This document shows positions 1 through 11,459 of a stretch of 64,000 nucleotides of DNA, piece after piece. The stretch's first letter is position 1. Every line of letters begins with the position of its first letter. The notes beneath the pieces are model-generated. The model was not told where the DNA came from. It ran no database searches and saw only the letters and a list, made by a program, of their open reading frames with translations. The DNA is taken from NCBI RefSeq assembly GCF_963921235.1, contig NC_086097.1, forward strand, positions 107,014,001 to 107,078,000. Reading direction: 5' to 3'. This DNA comes from Mobula hypostoma (Eukaryota). Made by a program: the position numbers and the translations under genes.

Positions 1-351
1 ATTTATAAAATATTGATGAAAATAGATAACCCTGACTGTAAATTGGAGATAACAGATAATCTCACAGAAATTCAATAAAAAATAATAAATGACATCAAGT
101 GATCACAGACAGAAATCTTGCTTAAAGATTTAGGTAATGTAAAACATGGAAGTGAAATTGGGGAGATTACTAATTGCCAATACATCACCAAAATCATACT
201 GTTGCCCAGAAATCACATTCTATTTTATAATACTGTTTATTTCAACACTCATTGATAAAGGTCAAAGAAATTTTTAACAAATTCAAACCCATCTGATGCA
301 ACCTTGTGGAATTTAACCTTACATTAATATAAATTCACTGAATAAACACGT

Positions 352-1262
352 ACAAACAAGACAAAATCTGCGATGCTGGAAGTCCAAGCAACACACACAA
401 AATGCTGGAGGAACTCAGCAGGCCAGGCAGCATCAATGTTTCAGGCCAAAACCCTTCATCAGGACTGGAAAAAAAGGGTGAGAAGTCAGATTAGCAAAGT
501 GCGGGATGGGGAGGAAGAACCACAAGATGATGCCTGAAACTGGGAAGGTGGGAGGGGTGAAGTAGATTGGTGAAAGAGATACAGAGCTGGAGAAGGGGGA
601 ATCTGATAGAAGACAGAGGCCATGGAAGAAAGAAAACAGTGAGGAACACCAAGGGAGGGAGGTGATAGGCAGGTAAGGAGATAAAGTGAGGGGGAAATGG
701 GAATGGGGAATAGTGAAGGGGAACATTACCAGAAGTTTGAGAAATTAATGTTCATCCCATTTGGTTGGAAGCTACCCAGATGGAATATAAGGTGTTGCTC
801 CTCCAACCTGAGTGTGGCCTCATCGCGATAGTAGAAGAAGCCATAGACTGATGTGTCGGAATGGGAATGGAAAGTGGAATTAAAATGGGTGGCCACTGCG
901 AGATCTCACTTTTTCTGGCAGACAGAGCGTATGAGCTCAGCGAAGCGGTCTCCCAACCTGCATCAGGTCTCGCTGACATACAGGGAGCACTGGATACAGT
1001 ACATGCCCCCAACAGACTCACAGGTGAAGTGTTGCCTCACCTGGAAGGACTGTTTGGGGCCCTGAATGGTAGTGAGGGAAGAGGTGTAGGGGCAGGTGTA
1101 GCACTTGTTCCGCTTGCAAGGATAAGTGTCAGGAGGGAGACTAGTGGGGAGAGACGAGTGGACAAGGGAGTCATGAAGGAAGCAATCCTTGCGGAAATCA
1201 GAAAGTGGGGATAGGAGGGAAAGTTGTGCTTGGTGGTGGGATCCTTGCAAGGATAAGTGTCA
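352..1262 (-). mobile_element. Degenerate Penelope-like element (PLE) 3' fragment: GIY-YIG remnant, 3' UTR, damaged hammerhead, tail
   Basis: ORF 963..1250 (YPCKRNKCYTCPY...QSFQVRQHFTCES..YCIQCS LYVSET) matches the 18338..20302 C-terminus; the minus strand at ~437-466 reads agtcctgatgaagggttttggcctgaaacat. Confidence 0.85.
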
Positions 1263-1325
1263 TACTGGAGGTCCCTCCTTATTCCAGGGAAAGGATGGAT
1301 ATTTGAAGATAGTTTACATCTGGGG

Positions 1326-1836
1326 ATCATACAACTGAAGATGACCTGGGAAATGGCAATGAACATGCAACACACAAGATTATAAATTTGATTGTGTTTT
1401 TTTTTAAATGAACATGCATCTGTTTTTAGAATAATGCCAATCCAGATATTTTGGTTTGAGATTCACATTTTTTGGTCTCCACAGTCTACTTTCTTTCAGT
1501 AGTTAGTAGTTGCAGGCATCTTTCCCCTAGTCTAGAAATTAGATTATGAGATGTAAAACGTAACTGTTCCTGAAACCCTAGAGCACTGCAATGCACAACT
1601 GACCTGTTCCAATGCAGGGAGCATGCCAAAATAACCTTGAATATAACCAGTTAGACATGCCTGGATACTTCAGCATAGGGCTGATACTGTGACGGGCTCA
1701 CACCAGATAAATTAATCTGCATCTTACACGACATTGGACTAGTACATTGTCAGTGCTGTAAATTATCATACAATGAAGATGACCTGGGAAATGGCAAAGA
1801 ACATGCAACACTAGATTATAAATTTGATTTTTTTTT
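1326..1836 (+). repeat. Imperfect ~75 bp direct repeat (1326-1405 and 1765-1836)
   Basis: atcatacaa(c)tgaagatgacctgggaaatggcaa(t/a)gaacatgcaacac..agattataaatttgatt occurs twice, ~440 bp apart. Confidence 0.85.
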
Positions 1837-1861
1837 ATTCTGTAATGAAGACCACAGTACT

Positions 1862-2095
1862 TATTTATTTAAGCTCATCACTCTTACTGGAGCATAGGGC
1901 ACAGAAAGCAGATCACCAGAGTCACCTATCTTGGGCCAATCGTTCAAGTTATCCCCAGGTGTAACCCATCTTCGAAGATTCTTTCTTTCCCAGTAATAAG
2001 GACCTTAGAGCTTCTGTTAGCATCTCTGTAGCACTGAGTTTTTACAGGATGGGTTGTTAGCCCAAAACTCCTCTCACTTAAACTGAGGGACTAAC
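1862..2095 (-). mobile_element. Short non-autonomous RTE-related SINE-like element
   Basis: Minus strand has gggctaacaacccatcctgtaaaaac and ends gccctatgctccagtaagagtgatgagctt + A-rich tail; homologous to 51410-51577. Confidence 0.55.
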
Positions 2096-2319
2096 ATCCT
2101 TGAGGGCAGGTTTTCTAGATATAAACTAGTTTGGCAACATAATTAGTCTAAGGATGAAGCAGTTGGTGTAAAGGTAATGCAACACACAGAGACTGAGGAA
2201 GAATATTCTTCCTCACTGCCAAATAGGCCACAATTACAAATAGTTGGATGGGTTAGATGGATCTATTTTAATGCAAGAAGTATCAGATACAAGAGTGATC
2301 AGTACATGGAACAATGACA

Positions 2320-3308
2320 CGTCAGGGATGTGTGCTTATCCCACTGCTCTACTCTCTCTCTATACCTATGACTCCATAGTAAGGTGCAGTTCAAATGCAA
2401 TCTATAAATTTACTGATGACATAACCATTATTGGAAAAATCTCTGATGGTGACAAGAGGGCATATGGGAAGGAGCGAGATATGCCAACTAGTTGAGTGGT
2501 GTCGCAGCAACAACCTTGCATCAGTAAGTACAAAGAGCTAATTGTGGACTTCAGAAAGGGTAAAACATTGGAACACAAAGCAATCATCAGAGGGATCAGA
2601 AGTGGAGAAAGTGAGCAATTTCAGGATCCTTGGTGTCAATATCTCTGAAGATCGAACCTGGTCCCAACATGTCGATGCAGCTATAAAGGCGGCAAAATAG
2701 CAGCTATATTTCCATCAGGAGTTTGAGATGTGGTTTGTCACCTAAAACACTCAAACTTCTACAGATGGAGAGCATTCTGTCTGGCTCTATTATTGTCTGG
2801 TATGTGAGGGGTAGGAGGACGCTACTGCACAGAATCAATTTAAGCTGCAGAGAGTTATAAAATTAGTCTGCTCCATCATGGGTATTAGCCTTCATAGTAT
2901 CCAAGACATCTTCAAGGAGTGGTACCGCAGAAAAGCAGCTTCCACCATCAAGGACCGCGCACCACCCCCGCCCCCCCCCCCACCACCCACCACCCACCAC
3001 CCAAGACATGCCTTCTTCGCACTGTTACCATCAGGAAGGAGGTACAGGAGCCTGAAGGCACATACTGAGTGATTTAGGAACAGTTTCTTCCCCTCTGCCA
3101 TCTGATTTCTAAATGGACATTGAACTCATGAACACCACCTCTGTCTTTGTACTAGTTACCTTTATTTAACTATTTAATGTACATTATATTTAGTTTTATA
3201 GTTTTTTCTATATTTATCATGTATTGCATTGTACTGCTGCTGCAAAGTTAACAAATTTCACAACATATGCCAGTGATATTATACTTAATTCCGATTCTGA
3301 TCCTGATT
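2320..3308 (+). mobile_element. Rex1/Babar-type LINE, degenerate 3' portion
   Basis: Remnants QGCVL.PLLYSLYTYD, YKFTDDITIIG, FALLPSGRRYRSL, FRNSFFPSAI; (GATTCT)n-like tail at ~3290-3308. Confidence 0.8.
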
Positions 3309-4450
3309 GTGACATTGTTGCCATCATGGAGACTTGGCTGCCACAAGGGCAGAGTGGTTGCTGAATGTTCCAGGGTTTAGATGTTTGAAAAGGGACAGAG
3401 AGGGAGGCAAAAGAGGTGCAGAAAGGGAGAATGTCATGGAGGGATCATCTACTGAGTCAATGTGAGTGGAAGTCTGAAATGGGAAGGGAGCAATCACTCT
3501 GATAGGAATATTCTATAGATCCCAGTAGCAAAAGAGACACTGCGAAGCACTGAGATTTTGGAAATCAACAAAAATAGTTGTTGTCATGTGGTCTTCAACT
3601 CCCATCATACTGATTGGCGTCTACTTAGTGCAAAATATGTGGATAGGCTGACTAGAGGACAGGCCATACTGAATCTGGTTCTATGCAATTAACCAGATCA
3701 GGTGACAGACCTCTCAGCAGATGAGCATTTTGGAGAGTGACCACAACTCCCTGACTAGAGCTTTGGACAGGGATAGGAGCAGACAGTATGGATAAGTATT
3801 TAATTGAGGGAAGGTGAATCATGATGCTATTAGGTAGGAACTTGGATTATAAATTGGGAAGAGATGTACTTAGGCAAATGCAGAATAAAAATGTAGAGGT
3901 TATTTAGGGAGCACTTACATGGGTTTTGAATAGGTTTGTTCCACTGAGGCTGGGAAAGGATGGTAGGGTGAAGGAACCCATGGTTGAAAAGAGACATGAA
4001 ACATCTAGTCAAGGGGAAGAAAGAAGGATATTTAAGGTTTAGGAAGCAAGGATCAGCAGGGCTCTGTAGAGCTATAAGGTAGCTAGGAAGGAGTTTAAGA
4101 AGGGATTCAGGAGAGCTAGAAGAGGGCATGAGAAGGCCATGATGAAAAGGATTAGGGAAAACCCCACAGCATTCTACGTGTACGTGAAGAATAGGAGGAT
4201 GACTACAGTGAAGGTAGGAATAATTAGGGACAAAAGAAGAAGCACGTGCCTGATGTCAAAGGAAGTAGAGGAGGTCCTTAATAAATACTTTGCTTCAGTA
4301 TTCATCAGTGAGACCCCAACGAATACGAGAACAGGTTGATATGCTGAAATGTGAGTCCCTGACTCGAGACAGGATATACCCCAGTATTCTATGGGAAGCA
4401 AGAGAAGAAATTGCTGTGCCTTTGGCAATGATCTTTGCATTAGTATTTTG
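3309..4450 (+). mobile_element. Degenerate CR1 LINE ORF2 fragment (APE endonuclease to RT N-terminus)
   Basis: DIVAIMETWL; RIRENPTAFYVYVKNRR; LNKYFASVF; IYPSILWEAREEIAVPLAMIF. Confidence 0.85.
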
Positions 4451-4479
4451 CAGAACTTCATGTGGGAGAACCATATTTC

Positions 4480-4990
4480 CTTCATTAACAAAAATCTCAG
4501 CAGGAGATGTATTTCTTGCAGCAGTTGGTAAAACTCCATCTTCCTCAGAACACACTGGTGCAATTCTACACTGCCATCATAGAGAGTTATTACTGTCTGG
4601 TTTGGTGCAGCAGCCTCTCATAATATACTAGAACTACAAATGAACTGTCAGATCAGCAGAAACTATCATTAGCTGCAATCTACCATCACTGCAGTGCTTG
4701 TCTCTGTCTAGGACAAAGAAGCGGGTAGGATAAACACTATCCACCCTGCAAACTGCCTTTTCCAAAAGCTCCCCCTGGAAAACACGATAGGGCTATTAAT
4801 ACAAATATGTCACGTGACCTTAAACGCTTCCCCCAGGCAGTTAATCTGATCAATAATTCAAGATAACCTCCACCCCTCACCTCATACCCCAATATCTTTT
4901 ACCCTGCACTGCTTGCACTTTAAACCACTTTTTAATAATGCTATATACTTATAAGTATGCTGGTGTTTGTGCATTCTTGCACATTTTATT
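4480..4990 (+). mobile_element. Degenerate Rex1/Babar-type LINE 3' fragment
   Basis: Remnants resembling FY..IIES..TVWFG, HPANCLFQKLP.G, FPQAVNLIN. Confidence 0.5.
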
Positions 4991-5018
4991 TCAGATTCAA
5001 TATACTGTATTCCAGATA

Positions 5019-6395
5019 CAGTGGATTCCAGTTAATTGGGACACATCAGTACATTTTGGCCCACTTAAGCAGCTGCCCCAAATGGCTGAAATTTCATGAA
5101 AAATAGTTAAAAAGGTACAAAAGTAAAGACAAGCTACCATTTAACTGAGAAACAATTTATATATTTAAATGAAATACAGAACAAATGAGAACATCATTGA
5201 AAGTGGGCATGCAGGTACAGCAGGCAGTGAAAAAGGCGAGTGGTATGCTGGCATTTATAGCAAGAGGATTCGAGTACAGGAGCAGGGAGGTACTACTGCA
5301 GTTGTACAAGGCCTTGGTGAGACCACACCTGGAGTATTGTGTGCAGTTTTGGACCCCTAATCTGAGGAAAGACATCCTTACTATAGAGGGAATACAAAGA
5401 AGGTTCACCAGATTGATTCCTGGGATGGCAGGACTTTCATATGATGAAAGACTGGATGAACTAGTCTTATACTCGTTGGAATTTAGAAGATTGAGGGGGG
5501 ATCTGATTGAAACATATAAAAACCTGAAGGGATTGGACAGGCTAGATGCAGGAAGATTGTTCCCGATGTTGGGGAAGTCAAAAACGAGGGGTCACAGTTT
5601 GAGGATAAAGGGGAAGCCTTTTAGGACCGAGATTAGGAAAAACTTCTTCACACAGACAGTGGTGAATCTGTGGAATTCTCTGCCACAGGAAACAGTTGAG
5701 CCCAGTTCACTGGCTATATTTAAGAGGGAGTTAGATATGGCCCTTGTGGCTAAAGGGATCAGGGGGTATGGAGGGAAGGCTGATACAGGGTTCTGAGTTG
5801 GATGATCAGCCATGATCATACTGAATGGCGGTGCAAGATCGAAGGGCCGAATGGCCTACTCCTGCACCTATTTTCTATGTTTCTATTACCAATATTATTA
5901 CAGTACTGTAAAACTGCATTTGTTCCCAATAGTTATTGACCGAGGAATTCATCCAGTGTACACTGCCATGCTCTTTTGATTGAATGTAAATCAACGCAGA
6001 CACCTGGTGCAGGTAATGGACTGCCTTCATCCAATGCTTTCAATGATTGCATCCTCCAAATTTTCATTTTCATTGTAACATTCAAGATCATTGTTGATAC
6101 CTTCAAATTCTTCATAGTTCTAACTTGTAAAAGTGGTGAAATCATTTCATTTTCACTCCCAGCTATTTCTGAAATCTCCAAGCATTAATGCTTCAAACTT
6201 CAATGAACGAAATAGTTCTGAATTGGTCTACTACTTATTTCTCATCAACCATCAGTGACAAGTCACTGCTTTTTGAACAAAAGCACACAACTGTTCACTC
6301 TGAGCATTGCAGTGTCCAACAGCCACAAATGTACACATGACTGATGCTAGTTAGAAACTGTTCAGCAACAGTCTCCTGTCACAATTAAGCAGCAT
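5019..6395 (-). mobile_element. Tigger/pogo-like non-autonomous DNA transposon, interrupted by a CR1
   Basis: TA-CAGTGGATTCCAGTTAATTGGG terminus; minus-strand acidic transposase C-terminal remnant NYEEFEGINNDLECYNENENLEDAIIESI; homologous to 21547-22085. Confidence 0.7.
5193..5886 (+). mobile_element. 5'-truncated CR1 LINE (RT C-terminus + 3' UTR)
   Basis: ORF 5185..5796 LYKALVRPHLEYCVQFW...RRLRGDLIETYK...FFTQ.VVNLWNSLP; ends in (TTTCTATG)n; splits the Tigger-like element. Confidence 0.95.
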
Positions 6396-7258
6396 ATTAT
6401 ATATGTATATTTTAAAAATAATCTTTATTCTTTACAATTGTTGATGCCATTTTCTGTTGCATGTCGTACCCTGAACAACACACCACTGCAGGTTCCTAAT
6501 TCAAGTAAATGTACATATATGGTGAATGAAGTTAGAACATAGAACACAGAATAGTACAGCACAGTACAGGCCCTTCAGCCCACAATGTTGTGCCGACCCT
6601 CAAACCCTGCCTCCCATATAACCGCCCACCTTAAATTCCTCCATACACCTGTCTAGTAGTCTCTTAAATATCACTAGTGTATCTGCCTCCACCACTGACT
6701 CAGGTAGTGCATTCATTCCATGCACCAACCACTCTCTGAGTAAAAAACCTTCCTCTAATATCCCCCTTGAACTTCCCACCCCTTACCTTAAAGCCATGTC
6801 CTAATGTATTGAGCAGTGGTGCCCTGGGGAAGAGGTGCTGGCTGTCCACTCGATCTATTCCTCTTAATATCTTGTATACCTCTATCATGTCTCCTCTTAT
6901 TCTCCTTCTCTCCAGAGAGTAAAGCCCTAGCTCCCTTAATCTCTGATCATAATGCATACTCTCTAAACCAGGCAGCATCCTGGTAAATCTCCTTTGTACC
7001 CTTTCCATTGCTTCCATATCCTTCCTATAGTGAGGTGACCAGAATTGGACACAGTACTCCAAGTGGGGCCTAACCAGAGTTTTATAGAGCTGCATCATTA
7101 CCTCGCAACTCTTAAACTCTATCCCTCGACTTATGAAAGCTAACACTCAATAAGCTTTCTTAACTACCCTATCTACTTGTGAGGTAACTTTCAGGGATCT
7201 GTGGACATATACCCCCAGATCCCTCTACTCCTCCACACTTCTCAGTATCCTGTCATTT

Positions 7259-8176
7259 GTTCCTCCTGCAGCACGTGGGAAATCAGGGATACTTCCAGTG
7301 TCCCTGACGACTATGTGTGCAGGAAATGTGTCCAGCTGCAGCTTCTGGAAGACCGCATTGAGCAGCTGGAGCTGCAATTGGATTCATACTGGAGCATCCG
7401 CAATGCTGAGAAAGTCCTGAATAGCACATTCAGGGAGTTGGCCACACCGCAGGTAAAAGCTACACAGGCAGAAAGGGAATGGGTGGCCACTAAGCAGTGT
7501 AGCAGTAGGCAGGTAGTGCAGGAGTCCCCTGAGGTCATCTCCCTCCTAAACAGATATACTGTTTTGGATACTGTTGGGGAGATGTCTCATCAGGGGTAGG
7601 CAGCAGTAGCCAAGTTCACGGCACCATGGGTGGCCCTGAAGCACAGGAGGGAAGGAAAAGAAGTGGGAGAGCTATAGTGATAGGGGATTCGATTGTAAAG
7701 GGAATAGATAGGCGTTTCTGCAGCTGCAAATGAGACTCCAGGAGGGTATGTTGCCTCCCTGGTGCAAGAGTCAAGGATGTCTCTGAACGGCTGCAGGACA
7801 TTCTGGAGTGGGAGGGTGAACAGCCAGTGGTCGTGGTGCACATAGGTACCAACGATATGGGAAAAAATGGGATGAGGTCCTACAAGGTGAATTCAGGGAG
7901 TTAGGAGTTAAACTAAAAAATAAGACCACAAAGGTAATAATCTCTGGATTACTACCAGTGCCACATGCTAGACAGAGTAGAAATAGGAGGCTATTTCAGA
8001 TGAATACGTGGCTTGAAAAATGGTGCAAGGGGGAGGGATTCAAATTTCTGGGGCATTGGAACCAGTTCTGGAGGAAGTGGGACTGGTACAAACAGGACGG
8101 TCTGCACCTGGGCTGGACTGGAACCAATGTCCTAGGGGGAGCGTTTGCTACTGTTGCTCAGGAGGATTTAAACTAA
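7259..8176 (+). pseudogene. CR1 ORF1 (Cys zinc-binding motif, coiled coil, SGNH/GDSL esterase), disrupted
   Basis: CSSC...CRKC, LLEDRIEQLELQL, IVIGDSIVKG, VVHIGTND, YKQDGLHL. Confidence 0.85.
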
Positions 8177-10417
8177 TGTGGCAGGGTGCTGGGAACAAGT
8201 GCAGAGAGACAGAAGGGTGTAAAATGAGGGTAGAAGCAAAAAGTAGTAAGGTGAAAAGTAAAAGTGGCAGGCTGGCAAATCCAGGGAAAAAATCAAAAAG
8301 GGCCACTTTTCAACATAAATGTATAAAGGCTAAGAGTGTTGTAAAAGCAAGCCTGAAGGCTTGGTGTGTCAATGCAAGGAGCATTCATAACAAGGTGGAT
8401 GAACTGAATGTGCAAATAGTTATTAATGAATATGATATAGTTCAGATCACAGAGACATGGCTCCAGGGTGACCAAGGATGGGAGCTCAACATTCAGGGAT
8501 ATTCAATATTCAGGAGGAATAGACATGAAAGAAAAGGAGGTGGGGTGGCATTGCTGGTTAGAGAGGAGATTAATGCAATAGAAAGGAAGGACATTAGCCG
8601 GGAGGATATGGAATCGATCTGGGTAGAGCTGCATAACACTAAGGGGCAGAAAACGCTGGTGGGAGTTGTGTACAGGCCACCTAACAATAGTACTGAGGTT
8701 GGGGATGGCATTAAACAGGAAATTAGAAATGCTTGCAATAAAGGAACAGAAATTATAATGGGTGACTTCAATCTACATATAGATTGGGTGAACCAAATTG
8801 GTAAGGGTGCTGAGGATGAGGATTTCTTGGAATGTATGCAGGATGGTATTCTGAACCAACATGTCGAGGAACAACTAGAGAGCAGGCTATTCTGGACTGG
8901 GTATTGAGCAATGAGGAAGGGTTAGTTAGCAATCTTGTCGTGCAAGGCCCCTTGGGTAAGAGTGACCATAATATGGTGGAATTCTTCATTAAGGTGGAGA
9001 GTGATATAGTTAATTCAGAAACAAAGGTTCTGAACTTAAAGAAGGGTAACTTTGAAGGTGTGAGATGTGAATTAGCTAAGATAGACTGGCAAATGATACT
9101 TAAAGGGTTGACGGTGGATATGCAATGGCAAGCATTTAAAGATTGCATGGATGAACTGCAACAATTGTTCATCCCAGTTTGGCAAAAGAAAGAACCAGGG
9201 AAGCTAGTGCACCTGTGGCTGACAAGGAAAATTAGGGATAGTATCAATTCCAAAGAAGAAACATACAAATTAGAAAGAAAAAGCAGCACACTTGAGGACT
9301 GGGAGAAATTCAGAGTCCAGCAGAGGAGGACAAAGGGCTTAATTAGGAAAGGGAAAAAAAGATTGAGAGAAAGCTGGCAGGGAACATAAAAACTGACTGT
9401 AAAAGCTTTTATAGATATATGAAAAGAAAAAGATTGGTTAAGACAAATGTAGGTCCCCTACAATCAGAAACAGGTGAATTGATCATGGGGAACAAGGACA
9501 TGGTTGACCAATTGAATAACTACTTTGGTTCTGTCTTCACTAAGGAGGATATAAATAATCTTCCGGAAATAGTAGGGAACAGAGGGTCCAGTGAGATGGA
9601 GGAACTGAGGGAAGTACATGTTAGTAGGGAAGTGGTGTTAGGTAAATTGAAGGGATTGAAGGCAGATAAATCCCCAGGGCCAGATGGTCTGCATCCCAGA
9701 GTGCTTAAGGAAGTAGCCCAAGAAATAGTGGATGCATTAGTGATAATTTTTCAGAATTCTTTAGATTCTGGATTAGTTCCTGAGGATTGGAGGGTGGCTA
9801 ATGTAACCCCGCTTTTTAAAAAAGGAGGGAGAAAGAAACTGGGGAATTATAGACTGGTGAGCCTGACATTGGTGGTGGGGAAAATGCTAGAGTCAGTTAT
9901 CAAAGATGTGATAACAGCACATTTCTACTGCAGTTGTACAAGGCCTTGGTGAGACCACACCTGGAGTATTGTGCGCAGTTTTGGTCCCCTAATCTGAGGA
10001 AAGTCATTCTTACCATAGAGGGGGTACAAAGAAGGTTCACCAGATTAATTCCTGGACTTTCATATGATGAAAGACTGGATCGACTAGGCTTATACTCTCT
10101 GGAATCTAGAAGACTGAGGGGGGATCTGATTGAAACATATAAAATTCTAAAGGGATTGGACAGGCTAGATGCAGGAAGATTGTGCCCGATGTTGGGGAAG
10201 TCCAGAACGAGGGGTCACAGTTTGAGGATAAAGGGGAAGCCTTTTAGGACCGAGATGAGGAAAAACTTCTTCACACAGAGAGTGGTGAATCTGTGGAATT
10301 CTCAGCCATAGGAAACCGTTGAGGCCAGTTCATTGGCTGTATTTAAGAGGGAGTTAGATAAGGCCCTTGTGGCTAAAGGGATCGGGGGTATGGAGAGAAG
10401 GCACGTATAGGGTTCTG
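8176..10417 (+). pseudogene. CR1 ORF2 (APE endonuclease + RT) with frameshifts and RT-core deletion
   Basis: NARSI, ITETWL, GGGVAL, VYRPPN, MGDFN, SDHN, KSPGPDG, NYRLVSLT; jumps at ~9925 directly to LYKALVRPHLEY. Confidence 0.9.
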
Positions 10418-11234
10418 AGGTGGATGATCAGCCATGATCGTAATGAGTGACGGTGCAGGCTCGAAGGGCCAAAAGGCCTACTCCTGCACCTACTTTCTAT
10501 GTTTCTATGTTTCTATTTACTTTGTACCCTGCCTTGGAGTTTGTCCTTCCAAAGTGTACCACCTCACACTTCTCCGGGTTGAACTCCATCTGCCACTTCT
10601 GCATTCAATGTCTCTCTGCAATCTTCGACAATCCTCTCCACTATCCACAACACCACCAACCTTTGTGTCATCTGCAAACTTGCCAACCCACCCCCACATC
10701 CAGGTCGTTAATAAAAATCATGTAAAGTGGAGGTCCCAGAACCAATCCTTGTGGGAAACTACAAGTCACAACCCTCCAATCTGAATGTACTCCTTCCACC
10801 ACGACCCTCTGCTTTCTGCAGGCAAGCCAATTCTGAATCCACCTGGCCAAACTTCACTGGATCCCATGCTTTCTGACTTTCTGAATAAGCCTATCATATG
10901 GAACCTTGTGAAAAGCCTTACTAAAATCCATATAGATCACATCCACTGCACTACCCTCATCTATATGCCTCCTCAAAGAACTCTATCAGGCTTGTTAGAC
11001 ATGATCTGCCCTTCACAAAGCCATGCTGACTGTTCCTGTCAGACCATGATTCTCTAAATGCCCATAGATCCTATCTCTAAGAATCTTTACCAACAGCTTT
11101 CCCACCACAGACGTAAGGCTTACTGGTCTATAATTATCCGGACTATCCCTACTACCTTTTTTGAGCAAGGGGATAACATTCGTCTCCCTCTAATCTTCCA
11201 GTACCATTCCCGTGGACAACGAGGACATAAAGAT

Positions 11235-11459
11235 ACAAACACGAGGAAATCTGCAGATGCTGGAATTTCAAGCAACATACATAAAAGTTGCTGGTGAACG
11301 CAGCAGGCCAGGCAGCATCTCTAGGAAGAGGTACAGTCGACATTTCGGGCCGAGACCCTTCAGCAGGACGAAGGGTCTTGGCCCGAAACGTCGATTGTAC
11401 CTCTTCCAAGAGATGCTGCCTGGCCTCCTGTGTTCACCAGCAACTTTTATGTGTATTGC
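11235..11459. mobile_element. ~225 bp palindromic mini-element of two head-to-head PLE 3' ends with hammerhead remnants
   Basis: Arms are reverse complements around ~11365; 13 bp TSD aggacataaagat at 11222-11234 and 11460-11472; interrupts CR1 ORF2. Confidence 0.92.

Larger units (their letters stand above)
7259..10514 (+). mobile_element. CR1 LINE with ORF1 and internally deleted ORF2, nested in the outer CR1
   Basis: ORF1 and endonuclease motifs, RT ends, (TTTCTATG)n tail; possible 4 bp TSD attt at 7255-7258 and 10515-10518. Confidence 0.93.

Noticed and set aside
11235..11459. Viroid- or retrozyme-like ambisense replicon
   Set aside because: Neither strand keeps an intact core here, and there are no direct ribozyme repeats to release a circular monomer
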